Below are positions 20,064 through 29,267 of a stretch of DNA of 64,000 bases, one piece after another. Origin of the DNA: Candidatus Woesebacteria bacterium (GTDB taxonomy: Bacteria; Patescibacteriota; Microgenomatia; UBA1400; MFAQ01); the NCBI GenBank assembly GCA_035389185.1, contig DAOORK010000001.1:695419-759418 (forward strand), read 5' to 3'. Position 1 is the first letter of the stretch. The number at the start of each line of letters is the position of its first letter. The notes under the pieces were generated by a model. The model searched no databases, was not told where the DNA came from, and saw nothing but the letters and a program-made list of their open reading frames with translations. The translations under genes and the position numbers were made by a program.

Positions 20064-20996
20064 ATGGTTTTGAATTTGTTGTCTGCTGTGGTGATGTTTT
20101 TGTTGATGGTGCTGGCCTCGGGAGCGGTTGTAGATGCCGTTGAGAGATATGCGTTTAGACTTCCGGTAAAAAAACAAAGAATGGCGGCGATGTTGATAGG
20201 TTTTTCTTTAGCTTTACCCGAGTTGTTTATTGGAGTGGCTTCGGCATTGGAAGGAAAAACTCAGATTGCTTTGGGAAATATTGCCGGAGCTAATATTGCG
20301 AATCTAAGTTTAGTAGTGGGTGGTTTGGCGGTAGTATCTTCCGTGGTGCCGATTGTGGGAGAGTATCTGCAAAAAGATCTGTGGATAACGATTGGTTTGG
20401 CAATGTTGCCTTTTTTGATGTTGACAGACGGGGTGTTGTCGGGAGTTGAGGGAGCGGTATTAGTAGCAATTTATTTTGTTTATGCAATCTTTATTCCTTC
20501 AAAGAAGAGTAGTTACAAAGAGGTGAGGAAAAAAATCGAAAAACATGAAAAATGGGCCTTACTGATTGTTGCTATTTTGGGATTAATTATTATGTCGGCA
20601 AGTGCTTGGTTGTTGGTTCAAATTGTGGAAAAGGTGGCAAGCGCTTGGAAAACAAATTTGTTCTGGGTGGGAATTACTTTAATGGCCTTTGGAACAACAA
20701 TGCCTGAGCTATTACTTTTGTCTGCCCAGAAAAAGCGAAAGGCGGCTCTAATGTTGCCTAATTTATTAAACAGTGTGGTGATCAACTCAACTCTGGTGAT
20801 TGGACTAGTTGCTTTGATGCAACCGATTGTTTTTGGAGAGTCACTGCAACGTGGATTGGCAGGAATGTTTTTGATATTTATTCTTGGTCTTTTTTGGCTG
20901 TTCACAAAATCAAAAAAGAAACTTGAAAGATGGGAAGGACTCGTATTGATTGGCGTCTATTTGATGTTTGTCGGTTTGGAGATGATCTTTGTCTAG
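20064..20996 (+). CDS. Ca2+/Na+ antiporter (CaCA family, YrbG-like)
   Basis: Two alpha-repeat signatures (GNIAGANIANLSLVVG and FGTTMPELL) in a ~10-TM protein. Confidence 0.75.
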   Translation: MVLNLLSAVVMFLLMVLASGAVVDAVERYAFRLPVKKQRMAAMLIGFSLALPELFIGVASALEGKTQIALGNIAGANIANLSLVVGGLAVVSSVVPIVGEYLQKDLWITIGLAMLPFLMLTDGVLSGVEGAVLVAIYFVYAIFIPSKKSSYKEVRKKIEKHEKWALLIVAILGLIIMSASAWLLVQIVEKVASAWKTNLFWVGITLMAFGTTMPELLLLSAQKKRKAALMLPNLLNSVVINSTLVIGLVALMQPIVFGESLQRGLAGMFLIFILGLFWLFTKSKKKLERWEGLVLIGVYLMFVGLEMIFV

Positions 20997-21862
20997 ATAC
21001 CTTCAGCTTCTTCAAGACTTAAAAGGGCGCGGAGCTGGTCAACAATTTTCTTCTTGAGTTCTTTCTTGACAAAGATTGCCTGAAGATTCCTGAAAAACTC
21101 GGGAGCAGATCCCTCTTTTTGATTATGGAATGCTCCACCCATAGGGTATTCTTTTTTTTGGTCAATTTTTTGATTGGTGAGGAGTTTGGTATAAAGAACT
21201 GCGTGTTTTTGAATGAATCGTAGAGTACCCATTTTGCGGAAACGTCTTAGTGAATAAACATAACGAGGTTCTCGGAAGACAGAAAAACTACAGCCGTTGC
21301 GATGGCCTTCGCGAACAAACTCTGCGTCTTCAGCAAAACCGATATTAGGATCGAAACGGGTGTATTTTCCAAATTTAGTTTTAAGACAGCCAATCATTGC
21401 TCCTAAAGCGCCAGGTAAACCAACTAATTGGCCGGTTTCAATTAAAAGATTAAGGTAAGTAGCGATGGTTTTGTCAGCTTGTCTTTTGGAATCGGGAAGA
21501 CACCATGTGGTAAACATGTCTGCGGGTTTGACATCCAAGTGGTATTTAACACCCTCTAGAAAGTGTTTGGGAAGCCGATTGTCAGCATCGTTGAAGACGA
21601 GATACTTGCCCCTTCCTGCTTCTCCACCCATGTTTCTCTGAACCGACACATTGCGGATCTTACTGGTGAGGATAGTTAGAGAGGGTAGTTTTTTGTCGAA
21701 TCCTTTAGCTTTAGTGACGGTTTTGTCTTTTGATTCCCCGTCGACGACAATAACCTCAAAGTCTTGTAATGTTTGCTGAGAAAGATCTTTAAGGAGAACA
21801 GGAAGATCCTTTTCTTCGTTGAGACAAGGAATGATAATTGAGAAGAAGGGCACTTTATTCAT
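20993..21862 (-). CDS. Glycosyltransferase family 2
   Basis: FSIIIPCLNEE...VVDGESKD DXD-type GT-A motifs. Confidence 0.8.
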   Translation of the reverse strand: MNKVPFFSIIIPCLNEEKDLPVLLKDLSQQTLQDFEVIVVDGESKDKTVTKAKGFDKKLPSLTILTSKIRNVSVQRNMGGEAGRGKYLVFNDADNRLPKHFLEGVKYHLDVKPADMFTTWCLPDSKRQADKTIATYLNLLIETGQLVGLPGALGAMIGCLKTKFGKYTRFDPNIGFAEDAEFVREGHRNGCSFSVFREPRYVYSLRRFRKMGTLRFIQKHAVLYTKLLTNQKIDQKKEYPMGGAFHNQKEGSAPEFFRNLQAIFVKKELKKKIVDQLRALLSLEEAEGI

Positions 21863-21880
21863 AGCTGATAGAATTATAGT

Positions 21881-22411
21881 ATGTATTTAATCGTTGGTTT
21901 GGGAAATCCTGGTGTTGAGTATGAAAGATCAAGACATAATGCCGGATTTTTATTTGTAGAACACCTGTTTAAAAAAATGGAGTTTTCTTTGGATAAAAAG
22001 TTTGAGTCAGAGATCTGGAAGATAGATGATTTTATTTTGGCGAAACCACAAACGTTTATGAACGAATCGGGAAGAGCGATTCGAAAAATTATGGATTATT
22101 TCAAACTGGGAATATCCAGTTTGATAGTTGTACACGACGACCTGGATATCGCTTTTGGGGAGTACAAAATTCAAAAAGAAAAAGGGCCAAAGGTACACAA
22201 TGGCTTAAAATCGACGGAACAGTATTTAGGTAGAAGTGATTTTTGGCGGGTGAGAATTGGAGTAGATAATCGACAGCCGGGAGTGAACTATGGAACTGGA
22301 GCTGATTATGTCCTGTCTCGTTTTTCCAACGAGGAGATGAAGGAACTGGATAAGGTGATTGAAGAAGCAAAAAAAGAGTTAATAGAAATATTGGGTTTGA
22401 ATAATAAATAA
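21881..22411 (+). CDS. pth: Peptidyl-tRNA hydrolase
   Basis: YLIVGLGNPGVEYERSRHNAGF N-terminal signature. 176 aa. Confidence 0.9.
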   Translation: MYLIVGLGNPGVEYERSRHNAGFLFVEHLFKKMEFSLDKKFESEIWKIDDFILAKPQTFMNESGRAIRKIMDYFKLGISSLIVVHDDLDIAFGEYKIQKEKGPKVHNGLKSTEQYLGRSDFWRVRIGVDNRQPGVNYGTGADYVLSRFSNEEMKELDKVIEEAKKELIEILGLNNK

Positions 22412-22413
22412 GG

Positions 22414-22710
22414 ATGGGAAACACTGGTTTTAAACCGATTATAAGTATCATGGATAGGTATGATTTGGAGGAAACAAAACAAAGGCGAATTAGCCGAGAG
22501 TTTCAAGATTATGCATATCGACTTGCTGTTGAGCTGGGAGACACAGCACATACAGCGATTTATATGCGGTTGGCTAAGAACACACCAAGGCCTGAAATTG
22601 AACAGGCAAGATTGTTTGTTTTGGGGGCAAACAACCCAACAAGCAAGGCCAGACTTTTTATGTGGAAACTAAAACAAATCAGAGACGAAAAAAAGAACGA
22701 GGAAAAATGA
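22414..22710 (+). CDS. Hypothetical protein (98 aa)
   Basis: ORF immediately after pth with no recognisable domain. Confidence 0.35.
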   Translation: MGNTGFKPIISIMDRYDLEETKQRRISREFQDYAYRLAVELGDTAHTAIYMRLAKNTPRPEIEQARLFVLGANNPTSKARLFMWKLKQIRDEKKNEEK

Positions 22711-22732
22711 GACGATTTGCTAAGATTAAAGA

Positions 22733-23995
22733 ATGAGAGATGGTCGCGGAGTTGTAAGATCTACGAAAATGACTGTATGGGGGAAACTAGCGATGATGCT
22801 GGGCATTGTCTTTTTTTTGTATTTGGGTGACGCTATATTGAGTGACTGGATTCCAACATATATGCAGGGAGCGTTGGGAGGATCCTTGTGGATGGGTTTG
22901 ATGATGTCGTTTTCTTCGTTGATTGGTTTTATGGCTGATTTGGTTTTTCCTCAACTATTTAGAAAGGTATCGGAAAGAAGAATGGTGATGTTGGCGATCT
23001 CTGCTGTTTTTATGACAGCCGGAGTTTTGATATGGACGACACATTTCCCCTACGTATCACTATTTCTTTTGGGTGTGGGTATTTGGGGTTTGTACTATGA
23101 ATTTTTGGGTTTTGGAATGACGTCTTACGTGACGAAAATAGCGACTGTAACAGAGAGATCTGGTGTGTGGTCAATAATTGGGGTGGTGAAAAGTATCGCC
23201 TACTGCATTGGCCCGCTTATTGGAAGTTGGCTGTTTGTTTTGCAAGGCAATGTAGCAATAATTTTTGTTTATGCAGGTATGGCGTTAATCGCTTATACGG
23301 TGTGGCTGGCTTTGGGACATAAAAAGAAGAGAGAGTTTGCGGCTACTGAGACGGGAGATACTGAAGGACTCCATATATTGGAAGAAATTGGGTATTGGAA
23401 GGTATTGTTTGGTCGTGTTTGGCCTATTTTACTGGTTAGCTATCTTTTGGGTTTGGTCGATGCAACTTTTTGGACAACAGGAGTGGTATTGTCCGACAAT
23501 TTAGTGGAAAAAAATTGGATTGGGGGATTGTTTTTATCGGCGTTTATGTTGCCAGAGATATTTGTTGGGCTCATTGTTCCGAGGTTGAAAATTTCGGTAG
23601 GAAAAAAGAAATTGGCGGAAAAGTTTTTGTTTATGTCCGGAATATTAACAGTTTGCTTGGGGTTTTTAACCTCGGCTGCAACTATGGTGTTTTTTGCCTT
23701 TCTTATTGGAATGATGATAGCAATTGCTTGGCCTTTGGTGAACGCAGTTTACTCGGACATATTAGCCAGAATGGGAAAGGAACAGAAACACCTCACGGGA
23801 ATGTCAAGTTCGATGGTTAATTTGTCGTATATTACCGGTCCTGTAGTGGCAGGCTTAATGTCGAATGCCATAGGGGAACAAAAAACAATGATGTATATCG
23901 GAATGTTTATTATGGTTGCGGCTTTGTTATTGCTGTTGGTGACACCAAGAAAGTTGAAGTTACCGCAGGCTGAGATTGCCGAATGGAAGTGCTGA
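22733..23995 (+). CDS. MFS transporter
   Basis: ~12 predicted TM helices and MFS-like loop motifs. 420 aa. Confidence 0.7.
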   Translation: MRDGRGVVRSTKMTVWGKLAMMLGIVFFLYLGDAILSDWIPTYMQGALGGSLWMGLMMSFSSLIGFMADLVFPQLFRKVSERRMVMLAISAVFMTAGVLIWTTHFPYVSLFLLGVGIWGLYYEFLGFGMTSYVTKIATVTERSGVWSIIGVVKSIAYCIGPLIGSWLFVLQGNVAIIFVYAGMALIAYTVWLALGHKKKREFAATETGDTEGLHILEEIGYWKVLFGRVWPILLVSYLLGLVDATFWTTGVVLSDNLVEKNWIGGLFLSAFMLPEIFVGLIVPRLKISVGKKKLAEKFLFMSGILTVCLGFLTSAATMVFFAFLIGMMIAIAWPLVNAVYSDILARMGKEQKHLTGMSSSMVNLSYITGPVVAGLMSNAIGEQKTMMYIGMFIMVAALLLLLVTPRKLKLPQAEIAEWKC

Positions 23996-24022
23996 AGTAG
24001 GTTGCTGTACAATGAAATATAG

Positions 24023-24577
24023 ATGTTCAGGAACAAACTTTGGCTTCATCAAATAGTATTGTTTGGAGTGTTGGGGTTGTTAATATTGTGGAGTATTTTT
24101 GACCGAAGTTTTATTTTTAGTGTGAGTTTACTTTGGTGGTTATTGGGGGCAGTCGTGGGTTTTGTTTTTGTATTTTCGGATAGACTTTTTAATAGTTTGG
24201 TGGCTAAGCCCAATGAGGTTCTCAACGTAAGGATAAAAGATCTTTTTTCGCAGGGAAAGGTTACTGGAGGACTAAAGCTTTTGTTGGAGGAAAGATATGA
24301 TCAGAGAGAGTTGGTGATGAGGAGTTTTTTATTCATAATTGTGTGGGTTATTCTGGCTATTTTTACCATGACGAGTGTGACAAACTTTTTCGCTAGGGGA
24401 TTTGTTTTGGGTATTGGAATTCATCTGATATTTGATTTGATTTATGACTTTATTACCGATAAGGAAAGACTAGATATGTGGTTTTGGCAAATAAAGAGGA
24501 CGTTAGAGCCGGAAGAAAAAAGATGGTTTGTAGTGATTGCCTTGGTGATTTTTATATTTTTGGCGTTCAGTTTATAG
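24023..24577 (+). CDS. Integral membrane protein, hypothetical
   Basis: Four to five hydrophobic helices. No domain recognised. Confidence 0.45.
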   Translation: MFRNKLWLHQIVLFGVLGLLILWSIFDRSFIFSVSLLWWLLGAVVGFVFVFSDRLFNSLVAKPNEVLNVRIKDLFSQGKVTGGLKLLLEERYDQRELVMRSFLFIIVWVILAIFTMTSVTNFFARGFVLGIGIHLIFDLIYDFITDKERLDMWFWQIKRTLEPEEKRWFVVIALVIFIFLAFSL

Positions 24578-24841
24578 TTGACGAGGGAGTGTTTTTGCTA
24601 TACCATGGGGGGTATGTCAATAGAAGAAAAGAAAAAAATGCAGGTGATGCTTAAAAGAATTCAGGGTCAGGTTGGGGGAATCGAGAGAATGGTGGGAGAT
24701 GATAAGAGCTGTGAGGCAGTACTGACACAGGTTGTAGCCTCAATGAGTTCATTAAAGAGTGTGGCAAAAATGCTTTTGGCAGAGTCCGTTAGCAGTTGTA
24801 CAAAAGAAGAATATACTAAATTATTAAAGAGATTTTTATAA
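24578..24841 (+). CDS. CsoR/RcnR/FrmR-family metal/stress-sensing transcriptional repressor (DUF156)
   Basis: LKRIQGQVGGIERMVGDDKSCEAVLTQV...C pattern matches the CsoR-family helix bundle with Cys ligands. Confidence 0.7.
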   Translation: MTRECFCYTMGGMSIEEKKKMQVMLKRIQGQVGGIERMVGDDKSCEAVLTQVVASMSSLKSVAKMLLAESVSSCTKEEYTKLLKRFL

Positions 24842-24853
24842 ATTATTTTTAAA

Positions 24854-25177
24854 ATGGAACTAATTCATTTCACAGACGCAAATTTTGAAGAGATGGTGTT
24901 GAAGGCTGATAAGCCGGTGTTAGTAGATTTTTACGCCGATTGGTGTGGTCCTTGCAGGATGGTGGCTCCAGTGATGGAAGAGATGGCAAAGACATTTGGT
25001 GAAAAAGTGATAATTGGAAAAGTGGACGTGGATGCGAATGCGGCTGTGGCAGGTAAATATGGAGTGATGAGTATCCCGACAGTAATTCTTTTTAACCATG
25101 GAGAGGAAGTGGCCAGACAAGTTGGTTTTGGTGGAAAAGAGATATATGAGGAGATGATCAATAAAGCGGTCAAATAA
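24854..25177 (+). CDS. trxA: Thioredoxin
   Basis: WCGPC active site. 107 aa. Confidence 0.9.
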   Translation: MELIHFTDANFEEMVLKADKPVLVDFYADWCGPCRMVAPVMEEMAKTFGEKVIIGKVDVDANAAVAGKYGVMSIPTVILFNHGEEVARQVGFGGKEIYEEMINKAVK

Positions 25178-26158
25178 ATGAAGCAGTACGATGTAATTAT
25201 CGTAGGGGGCGGACCGAGTGGTTATACGGCGGCAATCTATTTGGCCCGGGCGGCAATGTCGGTTTTAGTTTTAACGGGTAATCAGCCAGGGGGACAGTTA
25301 ATGAACACAACCGAAGTAGAAAATTTTCCCGGTTTTCCTAAGGGGATTATGGGGCCGGACTTGATGATGGGAATGGAGGAACAAGCGAAAAAATTTGGAG
25401 CAGAAGTAGTTTATTCGGCGGTATCTAAAGTGGAACTTAATGGTGAGATAAAAAAGATATGGGCAGGAGAGACAGAGTACCAGGCTAAAACTGTGATTGT
25501 TTCTACCGGAGCAACATCAAAGATGATTGGGGTGGGCGATGAAGCATATATTGGTCGAGGAGTAAGTACTTGTGCAGTGTGTGATGCGGCTTTTTTCAAA
25601 GGAAAAAAGACAGTAGTGGTTGGAGGAGGAGACGCCGCAATGGAAGACTCTTTGGCCTTAGCGAAATTTGCGGATATTGTTTACCTGATTCATCGAAGAA
25701 ATGAATTCCGGGCAAGCAAGGTGATGCAAGAAAGAGTTCTAAAAAATCCCAAAGTAAAAGTTATTTGGGACAGTGAGGTGATCAAAGTTGCCGGAGAGCC
25801 AACAGTGAAGACAATTGATATAAAGAATATTAAAACAGGGAAGATAGAACAGATGAAGATTGATGGTTTGTTTGTGGCCATTGGGCATGTTCCCACAACA
25901 GGGTTATTTGAGGGAATGTTGGAACTTAATGAGAAAGGGTATTTGATGGTCACGATGACGGCATTGATGTCTTCAGCAAAATGGCGAGTGTCGGAAAAAG
26001 ATATGTGGCTAGATGGCTATCCGACAATGACCTCAGTAGAAGGAGTTTTTGGCTGTGGAGATGTGGTGGACTATCGCTATCGACAGGCAATTACCGCTGC
26101 AGGAATGGGGTGCCAAGCGGCTTTGGATGTAGAGAAATATTTAACTAATCAAAAATAA
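25178..26158 (+). CDS. trxB: Thioredoxin-disulfide reductase
   Basis: FAD-binding VIIVGGGPSGYTAA, redox-active CAVCD and NADPH-binding GGGDAAME motifs. Confidence 0.85.
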   Translation: MKQYDVIIVGGGPSGYTAAIYLARAAMSVLVLTGNQPGGQLMNTTEVENFPGFPKGIMGPDLMMGMEEQAKKFGAEVVYSAVSKVELNGEIKKIWAGETEYQAKTVIVSTGATSKMIGVGDEAYIGRGVSTCAVCDAAFFKGKKTVVVGGGDAAMEDSLALAKFADIVYLIHRRNEFRASKVMQERVLKNPKVKVIWDSEVIKVAGEPTVKTIDIKNIKTGKIEQMKIDGLFVAIGHVPTTGLFEGMLELNEKGYLMVTMTALMSSAKWRVSEKDMWLDGYPTMTSVEGVFGCGDVVDYRYRQAITAAGMGCQAALDVEKYLTNQK

Positions 26159-26770
26159 ATGACTGATATTCAACTGACTGACGAAGAACTAAACATTAAG
26201 GTTCGTGAGCTGATGACTGAGTATGGGGGCGGAAATGATGAGAGTACGGATAATGGTGAAATGCAGGATGTGGTCAATAGTATGGATGAGGTAGTTGGAA
26301 GTTTACCCAGGGGAGTGATTTGGGACAATGATTTGCAAGGACAAACAAGAGTAGTGAATATCTTTGTTGTGGATCAGGAAGATAACGTACTTTTACCGAT
26401 ACGTTCAATGGAAAAAAGATACTTACCTGGTGGTTATGACTTTTCTTGCGGAGAAAATTTAAAAGCGGGAGAAGATTATGAAGAGGGAGTGATTAGGGGA
26501 TTAAGAGAGGAGCTGGGTATTGAAGGAGAACAGCCAAAGGAGATGGGTAGTTTTGCACCCGATCATGGAAAAGGGTTTTTTTGTTTTGGAAAAGTATATT
26601 TAATTGAAGTGGGAGATAAAAGTGAGGTGACTAAATTTAATACAGATGAAATTGAAAGGCTTGAGTGGAAAAGTAAAGATGAAATCTTGGAAATGATTGA
26701 AGATGAGCCCGAGAAGTTTAAGAGAGACTATGAAGGGATATTTCGGATGGCCTTTGGGTTGGAGAAATAG
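26159..26770 (+). CDS. NUDIX hydrolase
   Basis: Nudix box GENLKAGEDYEEGVIRGLREELGIE (Gx5Ex7REUxEExGU). Confidence 0.7.
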   Translation: MTDIQLTDEELNIKVRELMTEYGGGNDESTDNGEMQDVVNSMDEVVGSLPRGVIWDNDLQGQTRVVNIFVVDQEDNVLLPIRSMEKRYLPGGYDFSCGENLKAGEDYEEGVIRGLREELGIEGEQPKEMGSFAPDHGKGFFCFGKVYLIEVGDKSEVTKFNTDEIERLEWKSKDEILEMIEDEPEKFKRDYEGIFRMAFGLEK

Positions 26771-26820
26771 ACATGTGTGATAAAATACGAAGCTGTACTC
26801 AAATCTAGTGGAGGTGCACA

Positions 26821-27243
26821 TTGGCAGATAAAGAAGTAACAAAGAGATTTCTTCGGGACATAAATGATTTTATCGATAAAGGTTATTACGACGACGCTAC
26901 CTCGCTATTGAGGGGTAGCAATTTTGTTGAACCCAAACAGGACTGGAATTTGGAAGTCGAAAACCTGCATAGTAATCCGATAGATGGGGAAGAGGAGATC
27001 CTAGCGAAGAAGCTGGATGTTGCCCTTTTGGAAATTGCGGAACATTTAGCTGAGGATATTAAAGTTGGGGATCCAGTGACGTACATGCGGTTAGTTCTCT
27101 GCTTAAATAAGTTAGGTAGAAATTCGCCTAAGAGATTGGTAGAGAAGGTATGGAAAATAGGACATGACTGTCTAGATCGAAATGTTGGTCCAGGTGCGAG
27201 CGGAGAAATTTTTCGTTTAATGTCTTTTCTTCCTATTGTTTGA
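26821..27243 (+). CDS. Hypothetical protein (TTG start per ORF track)
   Basis: ORF followed by an intrinsic terminator. No domain recognised. Confidence 0.35.
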   Translation: MADKEVTKRFLRDINDFIDKGYYDDATSLLRGSNFVEPKQDWNLEVENLHSNPIDGEEEILAKKLDVALLEIAEHLAEDIKVGDPVTYMRLVLCLNKLGRNSPKRLVEKVWKIGHDCLDRNVGPGASGEIFRLMSFLPIV

Positions 27244-27257
27244 TCTGAGGATATTAT

Positions 27258-27281
27258 CCCGTCTAAATTGCGGGATTTTTT
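27258..27281 (+). terminator. Rho-independent terminator (CCCG-TCTAAATT-GCGGG + T6)
   Basis: GC hairpin followed by ATTTTTTG immediately after the 26821 ORF. Confidence 0.6.
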
Positions 27282-27299
27282 GTGCGCTATAATATGGAT

Positions 27300-27458
27300 A
27301 GTGTTGATGAAGAGTCGCGATCTTCGGAGCTTGTGGAGAAATTCACCGGGGTAGCCCGATACAGCACAAAGAGTATGGAAGGGTGGTACCGTTCTATCAA
27401 GAACCCCTGACTTAAGCTAAGATGAATAATCTCGGTTTAAGTGAGGGGTTATTTTTAT
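27300..27458 (+). promoter_or_regulatory. T-box riboswitch leader controlling argS(-lysS)
   Basis: T-box sequence AAGGGTGGTACCG at 27379-27391. Canonical antiterminator: A1 AGGG(27380-83)/CCCT(27405-08), 7-nt bulge TGGTACC, A2 GTTC/GAAC with loop TATCAA. Competing terminator AACCCCTGACTTAA(27402-15)/TTAAGTGAGGGGTT(27437-50) + ATTTTTAT. Possible -10 TATAAT at 27288-27293. Confidence 0.55.
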
Positions 27459-27468
27459 ATTTATAAAA

Positions 27469-29250
27469 ATGAAAATTAAAGAAATAATTAGAGAAGCCGT
27501 GGCCGAGTTTGCCTTGGGTAAGGAGTTTGCCGTGGAACATCCAGCGGATGAAAAGATGGGTGACTATTCTACTAATATTGCGATGGTACTGGCAAAAGAA
27601 CTGGGGAGAAATCCAAGAGAGTTAGCAATAGATTTAGTAAATAAATTGTCGGACAATAAGAATCTATCTAAAATGGTTGAAAAAGACAATATTCAAGTTG
27701 CTGGTCCAGGGTTTATTAATCTTTGGATAAAAGACGAGGTGTTGATTTCGCAATTAAACGAAGCTTTGAAGACGGGTGACAAATTGGGTAATAGTGATTT
27801 TATGAAGGGTAAGAAAGTGATGGTAGAGTATAGCTCCCCCAATATTGCCAAGAGATTTTCTGTTGGCCACCTTCGATCGACAATTATTGGCCAGGCCATA
27901 TTTAATCTATATAAACATAGTGGCGGTGAAGTGACGAATGATAATCACTTGGGTGACTGGGGAACACAGTTTGGAATGATTATTGCAGCGATTGAGGAAG
28001 ATGCAAATTTTAACTGGGACAGTGCAGACATCAATAAATTGGAAGAGATATATGTAGATTTTAATAAGAAAATTGAAGAAAATCCTGAGCTAAGAACTAA
28101 AGCTAAGGATGCATTTCTCCGATTGGAAAAAGGAGATGAATCAGCTCGTAATATTTGGCAAAAGTCAGTAGACATTTCGATGAAAGAGTTTGATGACATT
28201 TATAAAAAGTTGAACGTTGAATTTGAACATGTTTATGGAGAGTCGGCTTTTGAAAGCTTGATGCCTGGTGTAATTGCTGAGGCAAAAGAGAAGAATATTT
28301 CTTCTGTTGGTGAAGAAGGTGCTTTGATTGTCCGATTCGAAGATGAAAATGGGAAAGAAGAAATGCCTCCGGCAATGCTAGTAAAAAGTGACGGATCGAC
28401 AACTTATTTCACAAGAGATTTGGCGACGATAAAAATGAGATTAACCATGCCAGAACTAAAGTGCGATGAATATATATACGAAGTGGGTGGAGAGCAAAGA
28501 CTGCACCTGAAACAAGTATTTGCGACCGCTAGAAAACTGTGGCCTGAAGAAACAAAAAGGGTGGAGTTTGTGCATGTGGCTCATGGGTTATTGAGTTTGC
28601 CTGAAGGGAAAATGAGTACCAGAAAAGGAAACACAATAAAGTTGGAGGATCTATTGGGTTGGGCTGAAAAAAAATCATTTAATATTACTTCCGATAAGGC
28701 AGGATTTGAAATGAAAGATGATTATTGGTTAACAAATAAAAATCAGAACTTATGGCCACACGACGTTGTGAATATGTCCGAAACAATGTCCATTGGAGCT
28801 GTGAAATATAACGAACTTAAGAGATCTCCAATAATGGACTATGTATTTGTAAAAGAAGAGGCAATTTCGATGGACGGGAATAGTGCACCGTATTTGCAGT
28901 ATGTGTATGTAAGAACAAGAGGAGTGTTGAATAAGCTTGGAGAGAACCTTGATAAGGTGATTGCAGGCAAAAAAGAGTTTGAGAACGATGATGAACGAAT
29001 TTTGGCAAGATGGTTGCTATTGAGATTTGTTGAGGGGGAAGTAGTGGAGTCTGCGGCCAGGAACTTTGCACCACAAACTGTATGTGCGTATCTATTTGAG
29101 ACGGCTCAAAAATTCAACGGATTTTATGAAAGAAACAAAGTAGTTGGAGTTGAAAACCAGAGTCTAAGACTAGCCTTGACAGCATTGACCGGCGAAGTAA
29201 TTAAAAAAGGTCTGAAGATTTTGGGAATTGAGACAGTGGAGAAGATGTAA
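27469..29250 (+). CDS. argS: Arginyl-tRNA synthetase
   Basis: 593 aa with class I core, ArgRS-specific N-terminal add-1 domain and a C-terminal ...ETVEKM ending typical of ArgRS. Confidence 0.9.
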   Translation: MKIKEIIREAVAEFALGKEFAVEHPADEKMGDYSTNIAMVLAKELGRNPRELAIDLVNKLSDNKNLSKMVEKDNIQVAGPGFINLWIKDEVLISQLNEALKTGDKLGNSDFMKGKKVMVEYSSPNIAKRFSVGHLRSTIIGQAIFNLYKHSGGEVTNDNHLGDWGTQFGMIIAAIEEDANFNWDSADINKLEEIYVDFNKKIEENPELRTKAKDAFLRLEKGDESARNIWQKSVDISMKEFDDIYKKLNVEFEHVYGESAFESLMPGVIAEAKEKNISSVGEEGALIVRFEDENGKEEMPPAMLVKSDGSTTYFTRDLATIKMRLTMPELKCDEYIYEVGGEQRLHLKQVFATARKLWPEETKRVEFVHVAHGLLSLPEGKMSTRKGNTIKLEDLLGWAEKKSFNITSDKAGFEMKDDYWLTNKNQNLWPHDVVNMSETMSIGAVKYNELKRSPIMDYVFVKEEAISMDGNSAPYLQYVYVRTRGVLNKLGENLDKVIAGKKEFENDDERILARWLLLRFVEGEVVESAARNFAPQTVCAYLFETAQKFNGFYERNKVVGVENQSLRLALTALTGEVIKKGLKILGIETVEKM

Positions 29251-29267
29251 ACTGGTAAAATAAACGC

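Noticed and set aside
23470-23820. 116-aa + ORF in an alternative frame inside the MFS transporter
   Set aside because: It is internal to a same-strand, better-supported 420-aa membrane protein.
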